From assembly GCA_017436325.1 (NCBI GenBank), contig JAFSDI010000002.1, positions 35,457-99,456 of the forward strand: a stretch of 64,000 bases of DNA, in the 5' to 3' direction. The DNA comes from Alphaproteobacteria bacterium. Its GTDB lineage: Bacteria; Pseudomonadota; Alphaproteobacteria; Rs-D84. Below are positions 9,732 through 20,993 of this stretch, one piece after another. Within the stretch, counting starts at the first letter, position 1, and each line of letters opens with the position of its first letter. Below the pieces are notes generated by a model. It saw only the letters and a list, made by a program, of their open reading frames with translations. It did no database searches and was not told the origin of the DNA. Made by a program: the position numbers and the translations under genes.

Positions 9732-10877
9732 ATGACAAAACAAACCCGTGTTTCTAATGCGAATATGATGACTTTTGCAGAAAAGTTAAGTCGTTTTTCA
9801 TGGGGTCTTTTTGTACCGATGTGTATGGTTTTGGCAATATCAATTGTTATTTTGTATTCTGCAGGTGGTGGTAATTGGCGGCCATATGCATTATCGCAAT
9901 TGATGAAAATTATTTTATCGTTTGGTGTTTTTTTTATTGCTGCCTTTATTAATATCAAGACCTGGATAAAGTCTGCATATGTTATTTATGCGATTGCATT
10001 AATAATGATTTTACTAGTAACATTTGTTGGTCATACTGGTATGGGTGCGCAGCGGTGGCTAAACCTGGGTTTTATACATATCCAACCATCTGAATTAATT
10101 AAGATAGCATTAGTCTTGGCGCTTGCGCGATATTTTGCATGGTTTAATTCAGTTGAACTTGGTCAATTCAAGAATTATCTTGCACCGATGATGATGTTAC
10201 TTGTGCCATTTGGTTTGATTGTTGCGCAACCGGATTTAGGAACTGCGTTATCATTAGGTATGATTGCGATTGGAATGTTTTATATAGTTGGTGCGAATAA
10301 AAAGTGGTTTATAATTGCTTTTCTGTTGGGTTTAATGGCTGCGCCTGTTGTTTGGTATGGTGGTCTGCATGATTATCAGCGCGGTCGTATAATTACATTT
10401 TTAAATCCAGACAGTGATATTCAAGGTGCTGGATACCAAATTAATCAGGCCAAGATTGCATTCGGCAGTGGTGGTATAACAGGCAAAGGATATATGAAAG
10501 GTTCACAATCACAGCAGTCGTTTTTGCCTGAAAAGCAGACTGATTTCATTTTTACAATGCTGGGTGAAGAGTTTGGTTTTGTTGGTGCGATATCATTGAT
10601 AACTATTTATACATGGATAGTTATTGTTTTATTTTGGACTGCCAAAAAGTGTCGAAATAGATTTGGTCAATTAATTTGTTTTGGTTTTATGTTGAACTTT
10701 TTTATATATTATTTTATAAATATCTCTATGGTTTTGGGATTATTGCCAACTGTTGGTGTACCGTTGCCATTAATGTCTTTTGGTGGCAGCAGCTTAATAT
10801 CACTAATGTTTGGTTTTGGGCTATGCCAAAACGCATATATACACAAGAATCAACAATTGTCTGCAAAAGGAAGTTAA
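9732..10877 (+). CDS. mrdB: SEDS-family peptidoglycan glycosyltransferase RodA.
   Basis: An FtsW/RodA-type polytopic membrane protein lying immediately after PBP2. Confidence 0.85.
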   Translation: MTKQTRVSNANMMTFAEKLSRFSWGLFVPMCMVLAISIVILYSAGGGNWRPYALSQLMKIILSFGVFFIAAFINIKTWIKSAYVIYAIALIMILLVTFVGHTGMGAQRWLNLGFIHIQPSELIKIALVLALARYFAWFNSVELGQFKNYLAPMMMLLVPFGLIVAQPDLGTALSLGMIAIGMFYIVGANKKWFIIAFLLGLMAAPVVWYGGLHDYQRGRIITFLNPDSDIQGAGYQINQAKIAFGSGGITGKGYMKGSQSQQSFLPEKQTDFIFTMLGEEFGFVGAISLITIYTWIVIVLFWTAKKCRNRFGQLICFGFMLNFFIYYFINISMVLGLLPTVGVPLPLMSFGGSSLISLMFGFGLCQNAYIHKNQQLSAKGS

Positions 10878-10881
10878 GGTT

Positions 10882-13119
10882 ATGAATTTACTTATCGTAG
10901 AATCACCATCAAAAGCAAAAACCATAGAAAAATATCTTGGTACAGGTTGGCGTGTAATCGCATCTGTTGGTCATGTTCGTGATTTAGTTCCTGAAAATGG
11001 CAGTGTTGATACAGAAAATAATTTCAAGATGAAATGGCAAATTATGCCAGGCAAAGAAAAGCAAATAAAATTAATTACAGACGAACTAAAAAAAGCAGAT
11101 GCAGTATATTTGGCCAGCGACCCTGACCGCGAAGGGGAAGCGATTGCGTGGCATTTGCTGGATATTCTAAAGGCAAAAAAACTATTAAAAGATAAAAAAG
11201 TTTATCGCGTTGCATTTCATGAAATTACTAAAAAAGCGGTCCAAGCAGCGATTGAATCACCACGTGAAATAGATAAAAATTTGGTTGATGCATATTTGGT
11301 CAGACGTGCGCTGGATTATTTGATTGGTTTTGGAATATCACCATTATTATGGCGCAGAAATTTAGGTAAATCTGCTGGTCGTGTACAATCGGTGGCGGTA
11401 AAGTTAGTTGTTGATCGTGAAAAAGAGATTGAATCTTTTAAACCGGTTGAATATTGGTCTTTGGAATCATTGTGTACGACAGGTTCTGGTGATTTCAAGG
11501 CAATGCTTAATAATTTTGATGGTCAGAAAATAGAAAAGATGACTATTGAAAACAAATCGTACATAGATAATATTTTATCGAAAATTGGCACACCGGAAAT
11601 AAATGCAAGTGTTGTAAATATTGACAAGAAAAAGACTACCAGAAAACCTGCCGCACCATTTACAACATCAACCCTGCAGCAAGAGGCGGCGCGAAAATTA
11701 TATTTTGCATCAAAACGCACGATGAGTGCCGCGCAAAAATTATATGAACAAGGTTTGATTACATATATGCGTACAGACGCAACTAATTTGAATGCGGATG
11801 CGGTAACTGAAATTCGTGGTTATATCAGTTGTGAATACGGTGAAAAATTTGTTCCAACATCACCAAATATCTATGCTACAAAATCTAAGAATGCCCAAGA
11901 AGCACACGAAGCAATCCGCCCAACACACTTTGACGCACCTGCAAAAAATCTTAGTGGTGATGAAGCAAAATTATATGATTTGATATGGAAACGAACAATT
12001 GCGTGTCAAATGACGAATGCAGAATTTGATTCTGTTTCTGCGGATATTCAAACAGAAAACAAGATGGCAATATTTCATGCGGTTGGTTCTACACGTACTT
12101 TTGATGGTTTTATGAAGGTTTATACCGAAGACAAAGATGACGAAGACGAAAAGAAAGAATCAAAATTACCACCATTGAATATTGGTGATACTGTAAAGAT
12201 AACGGAATTAATCCCAGAACAGCATTTTACACAGGCGCCACCAAGATATACCGAAGCATCACTTGTAAAAAAGTTAGAAGAACTTGGTATTGGTCGACCA
12301 TCTACATATGCAACAATTATGTCAACTATTGTTGATCGTGCATATGTTGAACAGGACAAACAAAGACGTTTTCATCCAACCAGTGGTGGCTGGGTTATTG
12401 CATCATATCTATCAAAGTATTTTGCAGATTTAGTTGATGTAAACTTTACTGCGAAAACAGAAGATACCTTGGACGATGTTTCAAATGGGAAACAAGACAA
12501 GATAACCGCATTGGAAAACTTTTGGGGGCCAACAAATAATATGATTGATGGTGCGCGTGGCATTAAAACATCTGAAATCATCGATGAAATTAATGAATTT
12601 ATGAACAAACATTTGTTCCCAGATGGTAATGATGTATGTCCAGAATGTGGCGCAAAGTTGGGTGTAAAACTGTCTAAATTTGGGCCTTTTATCGGGTGCG
12701 AGAAATATCCTGATTGTAAATATACAAAACAGTTGGGAAAAAACGATTCTACGGCACAGGCCACAGAAACCGCCGTACAGGCAAAATCTGATGTGGTTGA
12801 ACTTGGTGATGGTATTGAATTTCGTGTTGGAAAGTTTGGGCCATATGTAACAGATGGTGCAAAAAATGTTGCGGCTAAACAATATAATTCCGAAACGATT
12901 ACATTGGAAATTGCGCGTGAATTACTGGAAAACGCTGGTAAAAAGGCTGAACCTATTAAGCTAGGTGAAAACCCAGAAACCAAGAAAATGATTTTCTTTT
13001 ATCCGACTGGGCGCTATGGTGCATATATATCATCAAATCGTGTTAATGTATCTGTTGCGTCACAACCAGACCTAGAAACAGCGATAAAATTAATTAACAA
13101 TAAAATAAAGAAGAACTAA
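10882..13119 (+). CDS. topA: DNA topoisomerase I.
   Basis: The TOPRIM N-terminus MNLLIVESPSKAKTIEKYLG is present, with a C-terminal Zn ribbon (CPECG). The start was moved to the internal ATG with an AAGGAAG ribosome-binding site. Confidence 0.92.
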   Translation: MNLLIVESPSKAKTIEKYLGTGWRVIASVGHVRDLVPENGSVDTENNFKMKWQIMPGKEKQIKLITDELKKADAVYLASDPDREGEAIAWHLLDILKAKKLLKDKKVYRVAFHEITKKAVQAAIESPREIDKNLVDAYLVRRALDYLIGFGISPLLWRRNLGKSAGRVQSVAVKLVVDREKEIESFKPVEYWSLESLCTTGSGDFKAMLNNFDGQKIEKMTIENKSYIDNILSKIGTPEINASVVNIDKKKTTRKPAAPFTTSTLQQEAARKLYFASKRTMSAAQKLYEQGLITYMRTDATNLNADAVTEIRGYISCEYGEKFVPTSPNIYATKSKNAQEAHEAIRPTHFDAPAKNLSGDEAKLYDLIWKRTIACQMTNAEFDSVSADIQTENKMAIFHAVGSTRTFDGFMKVYTEDKDDEDEKKESKLPPLNIGDTVKITELIPEQHFTQAPPRYTEASLVKKLEELGIGRPSTYATIMSTIVDRAYVEQDKQRRFHPTSGGWVIASYLSKYFADLVDVNFTAKTEDTLDDVSNGKQDKITALENFWGPTNNMIDGARGIKTSEIIDEINEFMNKHLFPDGNDVCPECGAKLGVKLSKFGPFIGCEKYPDCKYTKQLGKNDSTAQATETAVQAKSDVVELGDGIEFRVGKFGPYVTDGAKNVAAKQYNSETITLEIARELLENAGKKAEPIKLGENPETKKMIFFYPTGRYGAYISSNRVNVSVASQPDLETAIKLINNKIKKN

Positions 13120-14741
13120 TGGCACCGACTAACAAGTTCAGCTATTCTAATTTTACAGACGAACTCAGGACAAGACTATCTGTATTAGATGTTGTTGGGC
13201 GTGTTGTGCCATTAACCAAAAAAGGGCAAAATTATTGGGGGTGTTGTCCATTTCATAATGAAAAGACCCCCAGCTTTTCTGTGAATGAAGAAAAAGGTTT
13301 TTATCATTGTTTTGGTTGTGGTGAACATGGCGATATAATTTCGTTTACAATGAAGCATAACAATATGGACTTTAAGTCTGCGATTACAGAACTTGCATCA
13401 CAGGCTGGGCTTAAGATGCCAGATTATAAACCGCGTGACCCACATATTGTAAAACGTGAAGAGGCCTTGTTTGATATTTGTGAAAAGGCTGCACAAACAT
13501 ATACCGAAAAATTATTTACCCCTGATGGTGCGGTTGCGCTTGCATACGCACGAAAACGTGGATTTACAGACGAAGATATAAAAAAATATCGTTTGGGCTA
13601 TGCGCCAAAAAATAACATAATTGCAAATAAATACGCAGAATCAAGGTATTTGACAGAATCTGGTCTTTGCAGACGTGGTGATTATGGCTTATATGATTTT
13701 TTTCGTGACAAATTGATGTTTCCGATTTTTAATGCCAACGGCAAAGTTGTTGCATTTTCTGGTCGTTCATTGGACGGCAGTGAGCCAAAGTATATAAATA
13801 CATCTGATACAGATGTTTTTCACAAAAGAAAAACAGTTTTTGGCTTGAATTTCGCCCGTGAAGGAATCCATCGTGCAAATCGCAGTATTATTGTCGAAGG
13901 ACAAATAGACGCAATAAAAATGCAATTGAACGGGTTTCCAGAAACTGTTGCACCATTGGGTACAGCACTGACCGAAGACCATATTGCATTATTGTGTAAG
14001 TCAAATCGAAATATAACATTTTGTTTTGATGGTGATGGTGCTGGTCAAAAGGCTGCGGCCCGCGCGTGTGAACTTGTTATGCAATTTTTGCGTGATACAT
14101 CTGATGTTAAATTTGCGTTTGTTAATGGTGGTAAAGACCCTGATGAAATTTTAACAAAATCAGGAACTGATGCAATGCGCAAGATAATAGATGACGCAAT
14201 ACCTTTGACTGAATTTTTGTGGGATTTAGCGAACAAGAATTTTATAACATCGACCCCTGGGGGGCGCGCACAGGCAGAAAAGTTTTTGGATACAAACATA
14301 GAAAAAATTATCGATACAGAATTAAAAAAACACTATAAACAAGAATACGACAAAAGGAAATTTCAGCACTGGCAAAGTTGGAAGCGTGTAAAAAAAACAA
14401 TTGACGTAAAGTTGCCTGATATTGACGATATCACGAAAAACACATTGGTTTATATTGTGAATACTTTCCCAGAATTAGCAGAACGGTATTTGGAATTTTT
14501 GGGTACATTGGGTGTTGATTTTGATGGCACTGTTACAGATTTAAACCTAGATTTTGATGCAGCAGAAAAATATATAGTATCTTTAAAATTGCAACGATAT
14601 TTAGAAAAATTAAACACTCGTAAAAAAGAACTAACGGACAAGTTGTTATCTGGGGATGAAAGTGTTCGTGAAGAAATTGCCGAAACAGATACAGAAATAA
14701 AGAAATATACAGAAAAATTAAAATTATTAATCACACTATAA
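13119..14741 (+). CDS. dnaG: DNA primase.
   Basis: It has the Zn-binding motif CPFHNEKTPSF...CFGCGEHGD and a TOPRIM domain. rpoD does not follow it. Confidence 0.9.
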   Translation: MAPTNKFSYSNFTDELRTRLSVLDVVGRVVPLTKKGQNYWGCCPFHNEKTPSFSVNEEKGFYHCFGCGEHGDIISFTMKHNNMDFKSAITELASQAGLKMPDYKPRDPHIVKREEALFDICEKAAQTYTEKLFTPDGAVALAYARKRGFTDEDIKKYRLGYAPKNNIIANKYAESRYLTESGLCRRGDYGLYDFFRDKLMFPIFNANGKVVAFSGRSLDGSEPKYINTSDTDVFHKRKTVFGLNFAREGIHRANRSIIVEGQIDAIKMQLNGFPETVAPLGTALTEDHIALLCKSNRNITFCFDGDGAGQKAAARACELVMQFLRDTSDVKFAFVNGGKDPDEILTKSGTDAMRKIIDDAIPLTEFLWDLANKNFITSTPGGRAQAEKFLDTNIEKIIDTELKKHYKQEYDKRKFQHWQSWKRVKKTIDVKLPDIDDITKNTLVYIVNTFPELAERYLEFLGTLGVDFDGTVTDLNLDFDAAEKYIVSLKLQRYLEKLNTRKKELTDKLLSGDESVREEIAETDTEIKKYTEKLKLLITL

Positions 14742-14786
14742 AAATACCGGCTTTTTTAATAAAAATGTTAAAAAAAGCCGGCAAAA
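14741..14786. repeat. Palindromic repeat element, copy C, between the convergent dnaG and addB genes.
   Basis: AAAATACCGGCTTTTTTAATAAAAATGTTAAAAAAAGCCGGC. Confidence 0.7.
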
Positions 14787-14804
14787 ATACAAACAAATAT
14801 TTAT

Positions 14805-17321
14805 TTAATCATTAACCCGCGCAAGGTCATCATATATTTTATATTTTTGGTCATTTGTTTCGTGATATTCGTATGACGCGCCACCTGCAGAATATATATT
14901 AAATAATTCTGTTACCTTATCGCGTGCGGCGCGTATCATATCGTTGGTTGTATTTGCATCGTATTCAATTAATCGAACGTCATTATTTTTCAGTTGCAAG
15001 AATTGCATAATTGGGAATTCAGATTTTTGTGTTGTACGAATTTTAAATCCGCCAGATTGCAACATTAATGCCTCTAATGGCAATTGTGGCATATTTCCAT
15101 CCATTAATTGTTTTTTTGATGGTGCAGTTCCTGTTTTTATATCCAGAACCCCGCCATCCCATATTCTGTCAGCGCGTGCACGAACATTACGTCCTGCGAT
15201 TTTTATATGTCCTGCGATTTCTGCGAAATGATTTGTTTTATTGGCAAAAACATCGACTAATACAGGTGCGATTTCAACGAATCTTTTATGCCAAAAGTGA
15301 TAAACAATACTATCTGCCCCCAGAATTTCGCGGGCCTTGGTATCCATTTGAGACACCAGATTTATTGCGTTAAAATCAGTTGTGTTTTCAATAACAGAAT
15401 GTACCAGATTTCCGAAATGTCGTGCATCAGGTAATGTCCAATAATCATCCATAACACGCAGTTTTAAAATATGTCGAACATAAAATGCATATGGATTGTG
15501 TATTAACATTTCTAATTCTGTTACATATACATCAGACCAATCTGGTGGTGGTAATGGTGCAGAATAGTCTAATCTTTGTTCGGGGACATTATCTTGATTA
15601 GTTATTGTTTGCAATAAATCTGTATTAATATTAAATTCAGCCCGTCGTGCGACAACACGTGAAATGAAACGTGATTCAGTGGTTTGCACCCCCCCCGCGA
15701 CAGCAGTTCGTATCCAATAAACTTGTGTACCACAAGACAGGTTTATAAAATCCAGTGCCTGTAAAGATACTTTTCTATCTGGTGACGGCAGTCCAATAGA
15801 TTGTGCGATTGATTTTGGTATCCAGTTATTCTCGTACCCGCGTGCAGGGAACATACCATCATTTAATCCGGTCATAATAACAATATCTGCCGTTTGCATA
15901 CGTGATTCTATTGTCCCCAGAACAACAACACTTGCATTATCGTTTATTTGTGGGCGCACAGATACCGCAGACAGACAGTCTGCAACAAATGCACGTGTAT
16001 CTGATAATGTTAAATTCATTCCGATATTTTGTAATATATCAGATAATTCTTTAATTGCGCACCATACTTGTGTACTGTCTGCATTATCTATTTGTACGGG
16101 TGGTGTCAAAGAATCTGAATACTCATCGATGATTTGTGCAATGGTATCAAACACATTATGATTAAATTGTGTATATATTTTATCGAATTTATTAGAATTA
16201 TTTTCAATCCAGTTATCTAGTATATTAAGAATTGCACGTCCTGCATCTGTCATTGTTCCAGGTGTACCAGATGAAAAATCTGCATCAATATCATTTGCGG
16301 ATAATTCCTGTGCGATACGTTGGTTTCCTGCGGCATCAGGTGTTATAACTAATACTGATTTATTATCTTTTATTGCCTGTTTTGCAATTTGTGCAACGAT
16401 TTTTGCTTCGACAGATTCACGTGGCGCAACAACAAGATTGCAATTCGTCAAATCAGTATTTATATCATTTTGTTTATCGCAATCATTTCCAAAAGCATAG
16501 TTCATAAAATCGATAACAGATTCGCCAACATCAATTGGTGTTATTTCATCAGGCGAAACACCGATGCGCCCCAGTAATTTATATTCTGCATTATATGGGT
16601 TGGTATCCAGCATAAAATCTTGAATTCGTCCACAGATTTTTCCGCTTAGCAATATTCGTCCGTGTTCCCGTTTTGCAATTTCTATCATCAAGTCAGCAGT
16701 TGCAGGTACACTGCCTGTTGAACCACATACAACAACTAGTTTATATTTATCCAGAACATTAATCCATGCGCGAATATCGTTATTTCTGACCTGTGTTGAT
16801 GTTTGTCGTCCATTGGCATAAACATCCATAAAATTTGAAAGTATATTTAAAATTTTTGCTTTATTTTGAAAATGTGTCGCATATTTTTCATCAACTAATT
16901 CAATCCAGTTTATATCTTTTGGGTTAATACCTTCGTTTTCCAGATAGTCTTGCATACGCACTAAATCGTGTGCGATGGGCAATGCAGTTGTCAGGTTACC
17001 AACATTTGCATCAGCGCTAAGCAATTTTGCCAGAATTGCGACACGTTCTGTTTTTGATATGATATTATTGTGGTCTGTTATTTCATTGTCTGTATCATCG
17101 TCATCTAAACCTTCGCCCAATGCGACAAGTTTTGGCAAGATTGCTGTACCACCGGATTTTTCTGCAATCATTTTTTCAACACAACGAACAGCGCGCCGAC
17201 TGGGCAAGAATATCAGCATATCTGCAATATCACTATTACATTCTGATATAATATACCACAATGCATCTAACATACGTGCAGGATTTGTTGCATAAAAGAT
17301 ATTGTTATTATTTAATCCCAA
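14805..17321 (-). CDS. addB: AddB-like double-strand-break repair nuclease (alphaproteobacterial AddB type). No addA is adjacent.
   Basis: The C-terminal PD-(D/E)XK-like motifs RADRI...LDIKTG are present, with an AddB-like N-terminus. It is short at 838 aa. Confidence 0.55.
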   Translation of the reverse strand: MGLNNNNIFYATNPARMLDALWYIISECNSDIADMLIFLPSRRAVRCVEKMIAEKSGGTAILPKLVALGEGLDDDDTDNEITDHNNIISKTERVAILAKLLSADANVGNLTTALPIAHDLVRMQDYLENEGINPKDINWIELVDEKYATHFQNKAKILNILSNFMDVYANGRQTSTQVRNNDIRAWINVLDKYKLVVVCGSTGSVPATADLMIEIAKREHGRILLSGKICGRIQDFMLDTNPYNAEYKLLGRIGVSPDEITPIDVGESVIDFMNYAFGNDCDKQNDINTDLTNCNLVVAPRESVEAKIVAQIAKQAIKDNKSVLVITPDAAGNQRIAQELSANDIDADFSSGTPGTMTDAGRAILNILDNWIENNSNKFDKIYTQFNHNVFDTIAQIIDEYSDSLTPPVQIDNADSTQVWCAIKELSDILQNIGMNLTLSDTRAFVADCLSAVSVRPQINDNASVVVLGTIESRMQTADIVIMTGLNDGMFPARGYENNWIPKSIAQSIGLPSPDRKVSLQALDFINLSCGTQVYWIRTAVAGGVQTTESRFISRVVARRAEFNINTDLLQTITNQDNVPEQRLDYSAPLPPPDWSDVYVTELEMLIHNPYAFYVRHILKLRVMDDYWTLPDARHFGNLVHSVIENTTDFNAINLVSQMDTKAREILGADSIVYHFWHKRFVEIAPVLVDVFANKTNHFAEIAGHIKIAGRNVRARADRIWDGGVLDIKTGTAPSKKQLMDGNMPQLPLEALMLQSGGFKIRTTQKSEFPIMQFLQLKNNDVRLIEYDANTTNDMIRAARDKVTELFNIYSAGGASYEYHETNDQKYKIYDDLARVND

Positions 17322-17865
17322 GTGTATTCCTTAATGGTTCTAAGCCTGTCTTTTTTTCAGCAGATGTCTGCAAGATTTCTGGCAACATTGCACCGTGTTC
17401 TGTATGTATAATTTCTTTTTGTTTTTCTTCGCGAATTTTTTTATCTTTTTTAGTATAGACTATTTGATAAGGAATTGCATTTCTATCACAGAAATCCATC
17501 AAGTCTAAATCAGAATCGCGTGCACCAATTCGTGAATCGATTAAAATAAACAATCGTTTTAATTGTCGCCTGTTTATCAAGTATTCTTCCAGTCTATTTA
17601 ACCATCGCATTGCATCTGTTTTTGATACCTTTGCATATCCATATCCAGGCAGGTCAACAATCATAACACGATCGTCAAGATTAAACAGGTTTAAACTTTG
17701 TGTGCGTCCTGGGGTATTAGACGTACGTGCAACAGATGTTCCTAATATTGCATTGATAAGCGAAGATTTACCAACATTACTGCGACCGATAAAAGCAAAT
17801 TCTGTAAATTGGGTATTGGGCAGTGATTTTACCGTTTCGAAACTACCTACAAATTTAATCATCAT
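17308..17865 (-). CDS. engB: Ribosome-biogenesis GTPase EngB/YihA.
   Basis: FIGRSNVGKSSLINAILG. Confidence 0.88.
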   Translation of the reverse strand: MMIKFVGSFETVKSLPNTQFTEFAFIGRSNVGKSSLINAILGTSVARTSNTPGRTQSLNLFNLDDRVMIVDLPGYGYAKVSKTDAMRWLNRLEEYLINRRQLKRLFILIDSRIGARDSDLDLMDFCDRNAIPYQIVYTKKDKKIREEKQKEIIHTEHGAMLPEILQTSAEKKTGLEPLRNTLGIK

Positions 17866-18655
17866 TGTTTCCTTTGTTCAACAAACGTCTATAAGCCTCT
17901 TTTTTTGACAGACCTGTTCGTGCTGCCAAATCAGCAGCGGCTGATTTCATCGATGTTGCAGCGATATCATTTACGATATCTGATATTTCTTCATCAGACA
18001 TTTTATGTTCTGGTCGTGGTGCAACAACGATAACGATTTCCCCGCGTGGTGGATTTATATTCATTAATTCAGCGGGATAACCGATAATAGTTTCTTCGTG
18101 GATTTTTGTAATTTCACGAACTATTGCGATTTGTCTTTCTGGCATAACACGTGCCATATGTGCAATGGTATTCATAATCCTATTTGGGCTTTCATAGTAA
18201 ATAATAGTATGCGGAATTTTATTATCGTCACGTAATTTTTTTTCATCAAAGAACCCACAAAAGGTAAATCTATCTGTTGGAAATCCTGACAAGACAAGTG
18301 CGCTGATTGCCGCCACAGGTCCTGGGACTATAAATACAGGTACATTTGCTGTTCGTGCTGCGCGAACAAGTCTAAATCCTGGGTCTGAAACGGCTGGCAT
18401 TCCTGCATCAGAAACACATGCGATTGCCATTCCTGATTGTATTTTTTCTATCAGTTCTGGTATGACATCACGTTCATTGTGTTCATGGCATGAAATACGT
18501 TTTGTTTTTATGTCAAAGTGCGATGCCAGTTTACCAAAAACACGTGTATCTTCCGCGGCGATTAAATCAACATTTTGCAGCACATTGATTGCACGTGGTG
18601 AAAAATCAGACAGGTTTCCAATTGGTGTTCCGACTATATAAAGTCCTGATTGCAT
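17855..18655 (-). CDS. rsmI: 16S rRNA (cytidine1402-2'-O)-methyltransferase RsmI.
   Basis: Tetrapyrrole-methylase fold: LYIVGTPIGNLSDFSPRA...AAEDTR. Confidence 0.85.
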   Translation of the reverse strand: MQSGLYIVGTPIGNLSDFSPRAINVLQNVDLIAAEDTRVFGKLASHFDIKTKRISCHEHNERDVIPELIEKIQSGMAIACVSDAGMPAVSDPGFRLVRAARTANVPVFIVPGPVAAISALVLSGFPTDRFTFCGFFDEKKLRDDNKIPHTIIYYESPNRIMNTIAHMARVMPERQIAIVREITKIHEETIIGYPAELMNINPPRGEIVIVVAPRPEHKMSDEEISDIVNDIAATSMKSAAADLAARTGLSKKEAYRRLLNKGNNDD

Positions 18656-18703
18656 TTTTAATCCTTTTATAGTAAAATAATACAAAATAAAACAGATTTT
18701 TCA

Positions 18704-20308
18704 ATGCGTATGAACAGATTTTTTATTTATTTTATACTAACTGGTATTTTATCAGGATGTGCAACAGATAACAAGGCTCCGTCAACCATTGATTGGTCTG
18801 ATATTGATACGACTGCGAACAGTTTGATGCCATCAAATTTATATGGGCGACCATCTGATGGTTATGGGACTGTTGTTGATGATGCGAATCGTAATATTGC
18901 GGTATTATTACCATTATCTGGGGTAAATGCTGCGGTTGGTCAGACGATACGTTCATCTGTTGTTGCGTCTGTATTATCTAGTGCACCGAACAGCCTATCT
19001 GTATCTTTCTTTGACACTGGAATTGACGCAATTGGTGCAATAAATAGCGCGCTTGAAATAAATCCTGATGTTATTATTGGCCCTGTTTTTGCGGACAATG
19101 CACGTATGCTTCGTGATATAAAGCCAAATAATTTACCTGTTTTATCATTTACGTCTGATGTATCTGCGTTGGGTGATGGTGTTATATCGATGGCATTAAT
19201 GCCTGCCAACGGGGTAGAGGCGATAATTCACGAAATGTCATCTGATAATATAAAGAATTTTATCATAATTGCACCGGATACAAATTCTGGTCATTTTATG
19301 GCTGGCGCTGCCAAGGCGGCATCGGAATATTACAGTCCTGAACTTAACGGTGTATTTTTCTATCAGGAATCAAATCCAGAATCAATCAAAGACATTGCAC
19401 AGTCTGCATCTATGAATGAAATGCGCAGTGCGGCCAACACGCGTGCGCGTGTGGTTATATCTGATATCTTAACGAACGAGCAGTTAAATATACTTGAAAA
19501 GTCCAATTTGAATAATCAGCTTGAAAAACTATCAAAAAAGGAAACGATTGGTGGTGTTCCTTATGATGCGGTATTATTCCTGGGGAATGCTAACGACAGC
19601 AAGACACTTGCGTCATTTTTACGGTATTATGATATTGCGGCATCGGATGCACGTTTTTATGGTACGACCATGTGGGATGGTGCAGATATCGCCAGTGATA
19701 TAACTATGTCTGGGGCAAAGTTTGCGACATTACCACAGGCAAAACCAGAATTTTATGCCTTGTATGAACAGGTTTCAAATATGCCTATATCACGTTTAGC
19801 ATCATTTGGATACGATGCAATGAATATGGCGATTGGAATGATGTATTCTGGTGATGATATGTTGTCTTATTTATTTAACCCCAGTGGTTACAATGGTACA
19901 GACGGTCTGTTCAGGATAAAAACAACCGGCGAGAATGAGCGTGCAGTACGCATTATGCAATTGGATGCATCTGGCACACCTGTTGAGGTTTGTTCTGCTG
20001 CGACAAACTTTATTACACCAATTTATAATGTTCAGCCAGATAAAATAAAGCCGATAAAATCTTTAGAAATCAAGACGGTTGGCATTGACCCTGATGATTA
20101 TATAAAAATCCCAGAACGTTTTCGTGATAAATATAACAGTGAACGAATTGGTGCGAATACACGAAATGCACCGATGATAGAACAAAGTAAAATTGTTGCT
20201 ATATTGCCAGATGAAGACAGTGAATCAGTCAAGACAGAAAATTACACACCTATAAAAAAAGAACAGGTAATGCGTTCTTATATTGAAGAGTACGAGATTT
20301 TTGAATAA
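18704..20308 (+). CDS. LppC/LpoA-family lipoprotein (penicillin-binding protein activator-like).
   Basis: It has a lipobox (LSGCAT) and a periplasmic-binding-protein-like fold. It is divergent from rsmI, as yraL and yraM are in E. coli. Confidence 0.55.
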   Translation: MRMNRFFIYFILTGILSGCATDNKAPSTIDWSDIDTTANSLMPSNLYGRPSDGYGTVVDDANRNIAVLLPLSGVNAAVGQTIRSSVVASVLSSAPNSLSVSFFDTGIDAIGAINSALEINPDVIIGPVFADNARMLRDIKPNNLPVLSFTSDVSALGDGVISMALMPANGVEAIIHEMSSDNIKNFIIIAPDTNSGHFMAGAAKAASEYYSPELNGVFFYQESNPESIKDIAQSASMNEMRSAANTRARVVISDILTNEQLNILEKSNLNNQLEKLSKKETIGGVPYDAVLFLGNANDSKTLASFLRYYDIAASDARFYGTTMWDGADIASDITMSGAKFATLPQAKPEFYALYEQVSNMPISRLASFGYDAMNMAIGMMYSGDDMLSYLFNPSGYNGTDGLFRIKTTGENERAVRIMQLDASGTPVEVCSAATNFITPIYNVQPDKIKPIKSLEIKTVGIDPDDYIKIPERFRDKYNSERIGANTRNAPMIEQSKIVAILPDEDSESVKTENYTPIKKEQVMRSYIEEYEIFE

Positions 20309-20316
20309 TAAAATTA

Positions 20317-20898
20317 TTAAAATTCATAAATAAATAATTTATGAGGGTATTTTTTTCTGTTGTAAATAACATAGCCTGATTTTGTGTCTATAACCCGTAC
20401 CGGTTTCAGTCCTTGGATTTCAAAGTTCAATGATATCAAGACATTAATTTTGTTTTTATAATTTGTTAACAATGGTGTTAATTTTGGCCCCAGATAGGCC
20501 AGTGCGATATCGAACTTTTCATCGGTGTTATCAAGAAATTTAAATGCATCAGTCTGAATTGTTTTTGATTTTTTTGACAGTGAAAAAAAGTCTAAAAATT
20601 TAGATATGCCTGCCGAAAAAGGCATATTTTCCAATGCGATAACGTTTGTGTCTGTGTGTTTTGCGACATATCGCGCCAGACCGCCGAAACCGGAACCGAT
20701 TTCTAATACATTTTTAGCATTTTTATAATAAGTATTAATTTGTTCAACAACTGCCTGGCGTGATTTTTTACGACTTGGCACAAATGGCGGTTGTTTACGA
20801 ACGAATGCGCAGTAAATATATTCTAAAGTTTTCATAAAAAAATATGCATAAAATAAAAAGAATAAAATCAGGATTGTATACAAAATAAATTCAAACAT
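20317..20898 (-). CDS. Membrane-anchored class I SAM-dependent methyltransferase of unknown target.
   Basis: An N-terminal transmembrane helix is followed by SAM motif I, VLEIGSGFGGLA. Confidence 0.55.
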   Translation of the reverse strand: MFEFILYTILILFFLFYAYFFMKTLEYIYCAFVRKQPPFVPSRKKSRQAVVEQINTYYKNAKNVLEIGSGFGGLARYVAKHTDTNVIALENMPFSAGISKFLDFFSLSKKSKTIQTDAFKFLDNTDEKFDIALAYLGPKLTPLLTNYKNKINVLISLNFEIQGLKPVRVIDTKSGYVIYNRKKYPHKLFIYEF

Positions 20899-20993
20899 CT
20901 GTAAACCGTTTTTTTTAATTATATATTCAGAATATCAGTATATAGAAAACAAGACAATAAAAAACCATACAATAAATGTATGGTTGAAATTTT

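Noticed and set aside
12372-12983. A 203-aa ORF antisense to topA.
   Set aside because: It is an opposite-strand shadow ORF. It is Ser/Phe-rich and has no independent support.
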